Below are positions 41,704-52,500 of a stretch of 64,000 nt of DNA, one piece after another; position 1 is the stretch's first letter; each line of letters opens with the position of its first letter. The notes below the pieces were generated by a model. That model saw nothing but the letters and a program-made list of their open reading frames with translations, had not been told where the DNA came from and searched no databases. Position numbers and translations under genes: made by a program. Source of the DNA: Macrostomum lignano (Eukaryota); the NCBI GenBank assembly GCA_002269645.1, contig NIVC01002373.1:1-64000 (forward strand), in the 5' to 3' direction.

Positions 41704-42709
41704 ATGGCCTCGGGCAGGGACTGCCGGCCGGACCAGTGGCTGGCCTCTCTGCCTGAGCGCCAACTCGCCCCTGAGCAGGACTTGAACCGCCTGCTACTGG
41801 ACTACCTGCGGCACCAGGGCCACCTGGAGGCTGCCGAGGCGTTTCAGCGCGAAGCCCGCGGCCTGCCGACTCCCGAGACTGCGGCTGTTCCCCATGCTGA
41901 ACTGCGCTGCCGGATACGGGAGGCTGTGCAGGTGATCGCTGGCTCTGTGGCTCCCACCGTCCATTGTCACTGACACCCGCTGCCCTTGTCGCTGACACCC
42001 GCTGCCATTGTCACTGACACCCGCTGCCATTGTCACTGACACCCGCTGCCATTGTCACTGACACCTGCTTCCCATTGTCACTGACACCCGCTGCTGTTTG
42101 CCGAGCACATTTCTCGCTCTCATTGAGCATTCTGTCCAGCGGTACATGAACAGTCACTTTCTATATTTTTCGCCCCTCTTCCAGTCGGGCCGCATTGACG
42201 AGGCGGCGGAGCTGCTGGAATCGGCGAGGCCGGGCCTGCTGGCTTCCCGGCCTGGGCTGGAGTTCCGCCTGCGGTTGCAGCAGTTGCTGGAGCTGGTGAG
42301 GGTTGGCCGGCCCTCTGAGGCGCTGGATTTGGCGCAGCAGCGCCTGGCGCCGCTGGCGGAAGCGCGACCGGAGCGGCTGTCCGATCTGGAAGAGGCCATG
42401 GGGCTACTGGCCTTTGAGCGGCCGGCCGAGTCTGCAGCGTTTGGCCACTGGCTCGGACAGGGGCAGCGGCGGCGGCTGGCCGGCCTGCTTGACGCGGCCA
42501 TCGCCGGGCGCGACCCCGAGGCCGATGCGGAGGCCGATGGGGATGGCAGAGACGCTGCGGCGCGTTGCCGGCTTGACTACCTGCTCCGTCTGTTGCTGTG
42601 GTCACAGGACCGCCTGGCGTCGGCCGGAGTTCGATTCCCGCGCCTCACTGACTTGGCGGGCGCTGGATTTGACGGCGCTCCATCGTCTGGCGGGGGCAGC
42701 TTGGTCTGA
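41704..42709 (+). CDS. GID8: GID8/TWA1 CTLH-complex subunit (LisH-CTLH-CRA), 2 exons
   Basis: Exons 41704-41931 (CAG|gtgatc) and 42185-42709 (ttccag|), phase 0. LisH DLNRLLLDYLRHQGHLEAAEAFQRE; CTLH RIREAVQSGRIDEAAELL...LEFRLRLQQLLELVR; CRA DLEEAMGLLAFERP...LLRLLLWSQDRL...FPRLTDL. Confidence 0.9.
41960..42095. repeat. 22 bp tandem repeat (attgtcactgacacccgctgcc) in the GID8 intron
   Basis: About 6 copies. Confidence 0.9.
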
Positions 42710-42734
42710 GCGGGATCGAATTATCGACAAATCG

Positions 42735-43005
42735 ATGAGGCTGGGTCTGACAGATTGATGACGCTGGGTCTGACAGATTGATTAGACTGGGTCTGACAGA
42801 TTGATGAGGCTGGGTCTGACGGATGTGAGGCTGGGTCTGACAGATTGATGAGGCTGGGTCTGACAGATTGATGAGGCTGGGTCTGACAGATTGATGAGGC
42901 TGGGTCTGACGGATATGAGGCTGGGTCTGACAGATTGATGAGGCTGGGTCTGACAGATTGATGAGGCTGGGTCTGACAGATTGATGAGGCTGGGTCTGAC
43001 AGATT
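42735..43005. repeat. 23 bp tandem repeat (ctgggtctgacagattgatgagg)
   Basis: About 12 copies just 3' of the GID8 stop. Confidence 0.93.
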
Positions 43006-43644
43006 ACGAGTAATTAAGCTTGGTCTGGGCTGATGACAGACTTATGCTGGGTTGATGGATTGATGAGGCGGGGTTGCTTGATTTACTTTGTAGCTTATCG
43101 GTACTTAGTTGCTATGGCTCGCAATTCACGCAGGCATTGCTATATTTTCTTATAGGCGTAAGCCTGAAGTCTAAAAAGCATTTGGCTGAAGCTGCACGAG
43201 TCAGTGCATTCAAAGTCTGCTTTTACTGCATGCTTTCATTCTATTCCTCGTTTCTGACCCCGAATCTCTTCTTGCCTCGTTTTGCTGCCGATCTGCGCAA
43301 TGAGCCAGTGCGTATGAGCCGATCCTCCGCAGGGCATTCTGTCTTGGAGTTGGTACTGACCACCCTCCCCCGCTCTACTTGTAGTAGCATCTAAGCATTG
43401 CAATGTACAATGCACCTTGCATTGAAGCTGGCCTGATAAATGCAACCATTTACTCTGGAGTTTGCCAGTTCGGCTGAATATGTCCAAGCTGTTCTCTCAG
43501 GCTTTCTCTTTTAACAAAATATTCGGATTTAATAGTCCCAACTTGCTGCTACTTTCAGTAGCACGAGTGTAGCTCTTTATTTATTTTGTCGCTTAAGATT
43601 CGGCTCAAAAATTTAAATTCTTTTGAGTAGTGATAGAACCCAGT

Positions 43645-44047
43645 GTGATGTGTTTGAGTCAGTGACCCCAGTGTGATGTGTTTGAGTCAGTGACCCCAGT
43701 GTGATGTGTTTGAGTCAGTGACCCCAGTGTGATGTGTTTGAGTCAGTGACCCCATTGTGATGTGTTTGAGTCAGTGACCCCATGTGATGTATTTGAGTCA
43801 GTGACCCCAGTGTGATGTGTTTGAGTCAGTGACCCCAGTGTGATGTATTTGAGTCAGTGACCCCATGTGATGTATCTGATTTAGTGACCCCATGTGCTGT
43901 ATGAGTCAGTGACCCCAGTGGGATGTACGAGTCAGTGACCCCAAATGGGATGTACGAGTCAGTGACCCCAATGGGATGTACGAGTCAGTGACCCCATGTG
44001 CTGTACGAGTCAGTGACCCCATGTGCTGTACGAGTCAGTGACCCCAT
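43645..44047. repeat. 27-28 bp tandem repeat (gagtcagtgaccccagtgtgatgtgttt)
   Basis: About 15 copies, with the unit drifting along the array. Confidence 0.93.
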
Positions 44048-44138
44048 GTGAATAGAACACAAAAGGCACAAGTAAAATTCAATGCGTTAATTTGTGCGCA
44101 TCGAACTGTCATGCTGAATAATCCGGCCGCACCGCCAG

Positions 44139-46455
44139 TCGGGCAGCTCCGAGGACAAAAGCGGCAAAGATGGAGCCGCCGACTTCGAATCCCGGTTGGC
44201 TGGGCGCGGTGTCGGCGTCGTGGCAGCCGGGCACCTCGCTGAGCTGCTGCGGGCTGGCCGTCTGACCTGGGCGGAGCTGGACGGTGAGACTTTTGCCGCT
44301 GTCAGTGAGATCGACTTCCCGGAGCACGCGCTGGTCAGCGCGCTGAAGGAATTCGAGGAGGCGGCCGACGACCTGCGGCCTGGCGAGGCACGGACCGTCG
44401 CGTTGAACTGCGCGCTCAAGGCGTGGCGAGAGTCCGCTATGGGGCATGTGAGTCTGAGCAGAGTCCGCTATGGGGCATGTGAGTCTGAGTAGAGTCCGCT
44501 ATGGGGCATGTGAGTCTGAGTAGAGTCCGCTATGGGGCATGTGAGTCTGAGTAGAGTCCGCTATGGGGCATGTGAGTCTAAGCAGAGCCACTATGGGGCA
44601 TGTGAGTCTGAGTAGAGTCCGCTATGGGGCACATGAGTCTAAGCAGAGCCGCTATGGGGAATGTGAGTCTGAGTAGAGTCCGCTATGGGGAATGTGAGTC
44701 TGAGTAGAGTCCGCTATGGGGCATGTGAGTCTGAGTAGAGTCCGCTATGGGGCATGTGAGTCTGAGTAGAGTCCGCTATGGGGCATGTGAGTCTGAGTAG
44801 AGTCCGCTATGGGGCATGTGAGTCTAAGCAGAGCCACTATGGGGCATGTGAGTCTGAGTAGAGTCCGCTATGGGGAATGTGAGTCTGAGTAGAGTCCGCT
44901 ATGGGGAATGTGAGTCTGAGCAGAGTCCGCTATGGGGCATGTGAGCCTGAGCAGGATGTCTCCATGGCAACCATAAACCGTCGCAGGCCCAGTCCGCCTC
45001 CAAGGGCCCCAGCGAGGCCTCCCTGAAGCGGCTGCTGCAGCGCACCGGCTTCAGCCACGAGGTCACTGCAGGCCAGCGCCGCTACGGGCCGCCGCCGGGC
45101 CGTCAGCGCGAGCCGCCACCGCCACCAAGTTGCGAGGTCTTCATCAGCCGCCTGCCGCCCGACGCTTTTGAGGACTCGCTGGTGCCGCTGCTGGAGGAGG
45201 CCGGGCCGCTGTTCGACCTGCAAATCCCCACAGAACCTACCAGCGGCCTTAACAAGGGCTTCGCCTTCGCCCTCTTTGCCAGCCCCGCCGATGCCGTCCG
45301 CGCCGCCGAGCTGCTCAGTGGCCGACGCATCTGCGACTTCAGTGACTCTCGGCCGCTGCAAGTGGAGCCGATGGCGCCAAACTGCCGGCTGCTGGTTGGA
45401 AACCTACCGAAGCGGCTGAGTGTTGAACAGATCAGGTTTGTCTGTTAGTGTCTGTCTGTCCGTCTGTCTGTCTCACCGTTAATCCAGTGTAGTTGTACAC
45501 CACCTGTCCAGGTCAGCATTCAAGTCCGCTGGTCTTAACGGTCTCACTGGAGTTGTCTGCTACGCCGCAGCCGCTGCTGCCTCATCAAACGTGCCTTCGG
45601 CCTCATCGCAGTCGCCAGCGAGCAACCGCGGCTTCTGTTTCCTGGAATTCGCCAGCCACGCCGACGCCTCGGCGGCGAAAAAACGGCTGGTGAAGGACCG
45701 TGGCAGGTGCGTCTTTGCCGACTGCAGCGGCGGCGCCGGCGACATCTGTGTGGACTGGGCGGACGCCGTTGAAGAGGTGATTTGAAGCTACTGCAGTTTG
45801 GATAGAACAGAACCATTCCCACCCCGAAGACCGGCTTTAATAGGGCCGGTCTAAGCGACTGTTCAGCAGAATACATTGACAGTAGACAAGTTTTCTAGTA
45901 CCACCTAGCTGGCTAGATAGGATAGATGAGCAGAAAAGATTTGAACTCCATGGCCTGGTTTAATAGAAAAAGTAGTTGTGGAGATCAGCAAAGGCAGAGC
46001 AAGGAGGCCCGCAGGTGTCCATCCACACTTCTTGCGTACCTGCCCACCAGGAGGACCGAGAGACGCTCAACCAGCTCCGCCTGCTGCTCATCCGCAACCT
46101 AAAGCCCTCCGTGACGGAAGCTGAACTGCGCCGTCGGGTCGCCTCGTTCGGCCAACTAGACAGCGTGACTCGAACTCACGACCTCGGCCTGGTGTGCTTC
46201 CGCCGGCGGGAGGACGCGCTGCGCGCCGTCGCCGAGCTTGATGGTGTCGACGGTCTCGAAGTGAGCCTCGCCAGGCGGCAGGTGCCGCAGGCTGTGCCGC
46301 CGCCCCCACGCCAGCCGCCGCAGCAGCCACAGCAGCTGATGCAGTGGCAGCCGACAAGCCACGGCGGCATCCTGCAGCTGGTAGCGCAGGGCGTCAAGCG
46401 GGCCAGCGGCGGCAGCGGCTGCTCATTCAACCAGAAGCGGGAAAGGCGCTTCTGA
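44139..46455 (+). CDS. SYNCRIP: Divergent hnRNP Q/R (SYNCRIP)-family RNA-binding protein: N-terminal acidic domain + 3 RRMs; true start not resolved
   Basis: Exons ~44139-44447, 44987-45435, 45512-45776, 46051-46455 (phases 0,2,0). Family motifs KGPSEASLKRLLQRTGFSHEVTAGQRRYGPPP, EVFISRLP..FEDSLVPL, SGLNKGFAF, CRLLVGNLPK, NRGFCFLEF, VDWADAVE, LLIRNL. The N-terminal exon aligns by eye with the hnRNP Q acidic domain. No in-frame ATG locally; a possible upstream micro-exon is ATGAGCCAGTGC|gtatga at 43300-43311. Confidence 0.85.
44429..44953 (+). repeat. 31 bp tandem repeat containing the exon end and GTGAGT donor, ~17 copies
   Basis: Unit agagtccgctatggggcat|gtgagtctgagt; the first copy is the real exon junction at 44447/44448. 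Confidence 0.95.
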
Positions 46456-47492
46456 CCCATACAGGGTTTCGTGATGCGTAAAGTTTGCCTCACTTTTTTA
46501 TGCTGGTGTGAACATAGTTCCTCCAGTTATTTGACGGTTGCAATTTTTTCACTTGAATCAAGCATCGGTCACGAAGCCGATCGATAATGTTAGTGTGAAT
46601 TTACTCATTCGCCAATTTCCATAAGTAGTTTTTGCATTTGCCGATAAATAAACTCGCACTGTTCAAATTGTAGGCAATTTTTCTTCTAAATCAGAAAAAA
46701 CCGAAGCTGACCAGAAGAATTTAACATTGCTGACAATTATTTATTGTGACTGTCATTGTGCACCACAACATCCAAGTGTTGCCAGCCGAGCTCAGCACTG
46801 GGGCCGGGTTAAACAATAAAAATATTCTGCAAACAGACAGTAAAACCGGCAGTGGCCGGTGCATGCGGATAAAAGTGAGATTCGCAGCATGTCGCTGCTA
46901 CTTTAAGTAGTCAAGTAAAGACAACACACGAAAAGCATAGAGGTAAAAAGTTTATCGTTGAAGGGATAAGCAGGCGAGACAAAACGGCTTGGGGAAAAGC
47001 TGAATTAATAAAAACTCGCAAATCAATCAGGTAATTGTTAGCTCTCAATAAATTTTTCTGCTACAAGATTGACTTCGGAAAGAAAAATAAAAACACTCTT
47101 AGCTACTTCAAGTAAAATAGACGAGCATGCAGAATCCAAGATGAAAAATAGCACAACAATGCATTGCATACGGCACAAGGACAGGACAAGTCGCGAGGCA
47201 GTTCAGCATAGAAGTTCAAATATCAAATTGCTGTGCAGCACAGGCAAAGCCATCTGACAGTGTTGGGAAAGATGGAATGCAGAAAATATTTTCAAAGAGC
47301 TGCTTGTATAAAAATCTATACTACAGTCAGTAGGTATGTAGTATCAGTAAGTGGGTTAAGCCAGTCTATGATTAAATTTATTAACACGTCAAAAAGCCTC
47401 AAATAAAAACACAAAATGAATAAAATTTTCGCTTGTTGACCATCGAATCGAACTTTGAAACTCAACCTCAAAAATAAATAGTTAAACACTGC

Positions 47493-49448
47493 TCAGGCCC
47501 GCAGGTGCACGTAGGCGTTGGGCACCGACTGCTGGTGCAGCATGGGGATTTGCTCCTCCACCTGCTTCAGAGCAGCGGAGGTCGAGCAGGCCGGCAGCGT
47601 GGCGGCCGAGCTACACGAGGAGGCGGCGGAGCTGCGGTCGGGCAGGCAGACGGTGACGGCGGAGTCACCGGCGTGGCCGCTGTGGTACCAGCTGGCCTGG
47701 CGGAAGTCCGCCCGCAGCTCCGGCTGCTCATCGATGCAGGCCAGCAGGCCCGAGAAGGACGAGCGCTGCTTCGGCTTCTGCGCCCAGCAGCGGGCCATGA
47801 GGTCAGCCAGGAACTCCGGGCAGTCCTCTGGCGGTTCCAGCGTCTTGCCTGACTTCACCATGTTCAGCACCTCCTCGTTGCTGCGCCCGTTGAACGGCTG
47901 GGAAGCCAGGCTGGCGATCTCCCACAGCACCACGCCGTAGGACCAAACATCCGAGGCGGTGGTGAAGACGCCGTCCCGGAGCGACTCCGGCGCCATCCAG
48001 CGGACCGGCAGCGGCGCCTGACCCTCCTTCTTGTAGTAGTCCGAGTAGTACACGTCCCGCGTCATACCGAAGTCTGCGGGCGGGTGGCAACTCTACATGT
48101 TTCAGCGGAGCCTGCTGTTGCTCCAGCCCTGATGCTTCAGCTGGCTGCTGCTGCCCCACCCCTGATGCTTCAACTGGCTGCTGTTGCCCCACCCCTGATG
48201 CTTCAGTTGGCTGCTGTTGCCCCACCCCTGATGCTTCAGCTGGCTGCTGCTGCCCCACCCCTGATGCTTCAGCTGGCTGCTGCTGCCCCACCCCTGATGC
48301 TTCAGCTGGCTGCTGCTGCCCCACCCCTGATGCTTCAGCTAGCTGCTGTTGCTCCAGCCCTGATGCTTCAGCTGGCTGCTGTTGCTCCAGCCCTGATGCT
48401 TCAGCTGGCTGCTGTTGCTCCAGCCCTGATGCTTCAGCTGGCTGCTGTTGCTCCAGCCCTGATGCTTCAGCTGGCTGCTGCTGCCCCACCCCTGATGCTT
48501 CAGCTAGCTGCTGTTGCTCCAGCCCTGATGCTTCAGCTGGCTGCTGTTGCCCCACCCCTGATGCTTCAGCTGGCTGCTGCTGCCCCAGCCCTGATGCTTC
48601 AGCTGGCTGCTGCTGCCCCACCCCTGATGCTTCAGCTAGCTGCTGCTGCTCCAGCCCTGATGCTTCAGCTGGCTGCTGTTGCTCCAGCCCTGATGCTTCA
48701 GCTGGCTGCTGTTGCTCCAGCCCTGATGCTTCAGCTGGCTGCTGTTGCTCCAGCCCTGATGCTTCAGCTGGCTGCTGCTGCCCCACCCCTGATGCTTCAG
48801 CTAGCTGCTGTTGCTCCAGCCCTGATGCTTCAGCTGGCTGCTGTTGCCCCACCCCTGATGCTTCAGCTGGCTGCTGCTGCCCCAGCCCTGATGCTTCAGC
48901 TGGCTGCTGTTGCCCCACCCCTGATGCTTCAGCTGGCTGCTGCTGCCCCACGGCTCACCCGTTGCTCCAGCAGCAAAATCTCAAATCCCACACTTTCTGC
49001 AGGCTGAGGCTCACGGATATTATCACGGATAAGGCCCAGCTACCGCAGGCGACTTACCGCCTATCTTGACCGTAAAGGCGGCCGTGACCATGCAGTTCCT
49101 GGCTGCCAGGTCCCGGTGAATGTACTTCCTAGTCTCCAGGTAGTACATGCCGTCAGCGATCTGCGCGCACCACAGCACCAGCTGATCCCTGCTGTACATG
49201 GGCAGGACTGGCCCGTCCGTGTCTGGGCGCATCTGGCGCAGACAAGTCTTGAGGTCGCCGTTCTCCATCAGCTCCATGAGCACCAGAATCGGCACGTTCT
49301 CCGACACCACGCCGATCAAGCGGACCACGTGGGCACACTGACGGAACTTCTTCATGTGGGTGGCCTCCTGCGAAGCGAGTTGATTCAATTTGGCTTGGTG
49401 TTCTAGACAGACAACTGGCTAAGCAGGAAGACAGACAGACAGACAGAA

Positions 49449-49519
<71 letters not shown>

Positions 49520-52500
49520 GACAGCCAGACTCTCACCTGCAGAAACTCGTGTCTCTCCCGCATGGTGGCCTTGTCGTTGACGCTCTTGACCGCCACAGGG
49601 ACGTCCTCAGACTGGCGGATGTAGCGCGCAGCCGGGGTGTTCAGCGAGCGCACGAGGCCGCGGTAGACCCTGCCGAAGGAGCCGGTGCCGAGGCGATCGG
49701 CGGTGCTGTAGGTCACCTGGTCGCGGGGCACCTCCCACTCGTCAGGCTCGTAGGTGTAGCTCCAGTAGTCCGGGTTCTCGTTGACCACCGTCTTCTCCCG
49801 GTTGATCCGGCGGTAGGTGAGCCAGGCGATGATAACCACCAAGGCGCCTAGCAACAGCATGGCAACCAGCAAAACCCCGGCAATCGCGTCTGCGGTGAGG
49901 CGGCCGGGGCGCCGTTGGACCCTCATGGGGACCGGGAGGCTCCACCGACCAGGCTGGAACAACGAGACGGCCCGCACCCGCACCTGGTAGTCGCCCTCCG
50001 GCACCGACTTCAGCAGGGTGCCGCCGATCAGCTGCTGCTTGGACGCCGAACTGCTGCTGCCGTTGGCAGCCCCGGCCAAAGACTGGCGCTGCGCTGGCTG
50101 CCGCACCTGGTGCCGGTGCCCGCGGTTCAGCCACTCCTGAAAGGAGACGCAGTGGTACTGCCAGCTGCGGTGGCTGTCGGTCTTGTACTCCACATCGTAG
50201 TAGATTACTGCGCCATTCGGCGAGTCCGGCTGCCGCCACAGCAGCTGGAAGTCTGTTGAATAGCCCGACGGTGCAGGCACGGGCTCGGCGGACAGCGATC
50301 TGGCAGGGATTTCGTCGGCGTCAGGCAGCGCCAGGGTGCGGCGCATGATGCGAGCCGGGTTCGAGCACAGGTGCAGGGTGGTGCTGTACTGCGGGTGCTG
50401 GAACTCGTCCAGGCACGCCACCAGCTGCGGGGGGTGGGGAGGAATAAATGCCAGTACAGCACGGTTCTGTCATCTCACCAACCTTGATATCTCAGCCACC
50501 TGAACCAGCCCAATACTCCGCAATGCGGGAAGCACACACCATCAGCTCATAGGAGGTGAAATGCCGCAGGTTGGTCACTGTGTACTGGGTGCCTCGCACC
50601 ACCGTGTAGCCATCGGCCAGGCCGCGAGTGTCCTGCGGAGGCGCGATGGCCTCCACAATGTCTTCGTGGCACTTCAGCTCCGGGCAGTTCGTTTTCGGCG
50701 CTGTGGTGGGCGCAACGGTGGCTACCGGAGCCGGCGTGGCGTCCGCAGGATCGGGCAGCAGGGGGTCCAGCAGGGCCGAGGGCGAGGCCAGGCGGGACTC
50801 CGTGCCCACGGGAAATGATAGCAGCGAAGAGGCGTTGCGGCGGCCGAATCGAAAGCGGCGAGTCGCGTTACGATGCAGAATTCGCATGGAGTCTGACTCG
50901 GGCCTGCGGGTGGGCGGGCGGAGCTCGGCTCTGGGTGGGGATGCTTTGGATAGAAGGGGATGGCTAGAAGGGCAATCGGGTAGAAGCGGCGGTAACGTTG
51001 TAGGTGAAAGCATGATAAGGTTCATGCTGTTGGAATGCAAATAAAGTTTTCCTATGGTTAAGCAGACACGAGTTGCCAGGAAGCAAACACGGTAATTCTC
51101 TCGGATGCATGGCTGCGGAATGGCAGAAAGACTAAAAGTGCATTTGCACCAGTGCGTCCGCACCCAGACAGCCAGCAGGCTTGCACAATTAGGGGCAGCA
51201 GAGATAGCCGCAAGCTCGAGTTTTTTCATTGGCTGCATTAATTAGTCTGTGCGAAAGTCTGTCAGGCAGGAAGAGCCAGGCTTAAAAATAGCGTTAGATG
51301 ACATCCGTAGATGTGAAAAAGGAAGTCAGAATTTTGGGACGACCCAAGCGTCAGGATAATCAGCGTGTTCAGGATAGCCAGGGTGTCATGATGGCCAGGG
51401 TGTCAGGATGGTCAGGATGGCCAGAGTTTCATGATGGCCAGGGTGTCAGGATGGTCAGGATGGCCAGAGTTTCAAGATGGTCAGGGTGTCAGGATAGCCA
51501 GGGTGTCATGATGGCCAGGGTGTCAGGATGGTCAGGATGGCCTGGGTGTCAGGATGGCCAGGGTGTCAAGATGGTCAGGGTGTCAGGATAGCCAGGGTGT
51601 CAGGATAGCCAGGGTGTCAGGATAGCCAGGGTGTCATGATGGCCAGGGTGTCAGGATGGCCTGGGTGTCAGAATGGTTAGGGTGTCAGGATAGCCAGGGT
51701 GTCATGATGGCCAGGGTGTCAGGATGGTCAGGATGGCCTGGGTGTCAGAATGGTCAGGGTGTCAGGATAGCCAGGGTGTCAGGATAGCCAGGGTGTCAGG
51801 ATAGCCAGGGTGTCAGGATGTCAGAATGGTCAGGGTGTCAGGATGGTCAGGATGGCCTGGGTGTCAGAATGGTTAGGGTGTCAGGATAGCCAGGGTGTCA
51901 TGATGGCCAGGGTGTCAGGATGGTCAGGATGGCCTGGGTGTCAGAATGGTCAGGGTGTCAGGATAGCCAGGGTGTCAGGATAGCCAGGGTGTCAGGAATG
52001 TCAGGGTGTCAGAATGGTCAGGGTGTCAGGATAGCCAGGGTGTCAGGATAGCCAGGGTGTCAGGATGGTCAGGGTGTCAGAATGGTCAGGGTGTCAGGAT
52101 GGCCAGGGTGTTCAGGATAGCCAGGGTGTCATGATGGCCAGGGTGTCAGGATGGTCAGGATGGCCAGGGTGTCAGGATGGTCAGGGTGTCAGAATGGTCA
52201 GGGTGTCAGGATAGCCAGGGTGTCAGGATAGCCAGGGTGTCAGGATGGTCAGGGTGTCAGAATGGTCAGGGTGTCAGGATGGTTAGGATAGCCAGGGTGT
52301 CAGAATGATCAGGGTGTCAGAATGGTCAGGGTGTCAGGATAGCCAGGGTGTCAGGATAGCCAGGGTGTCAGGATAGCCAGGGTGTCAGGATGGTCAGGGT
52401 GTCAGAATGGTCAGGGTGTCAGGATGGTTAGGATAGCCAGGGTGTCAGAATGATCAGGGTGTCAGGATGGCCAGGGTGTTCAGGATAGCCAGGGTGTCAT

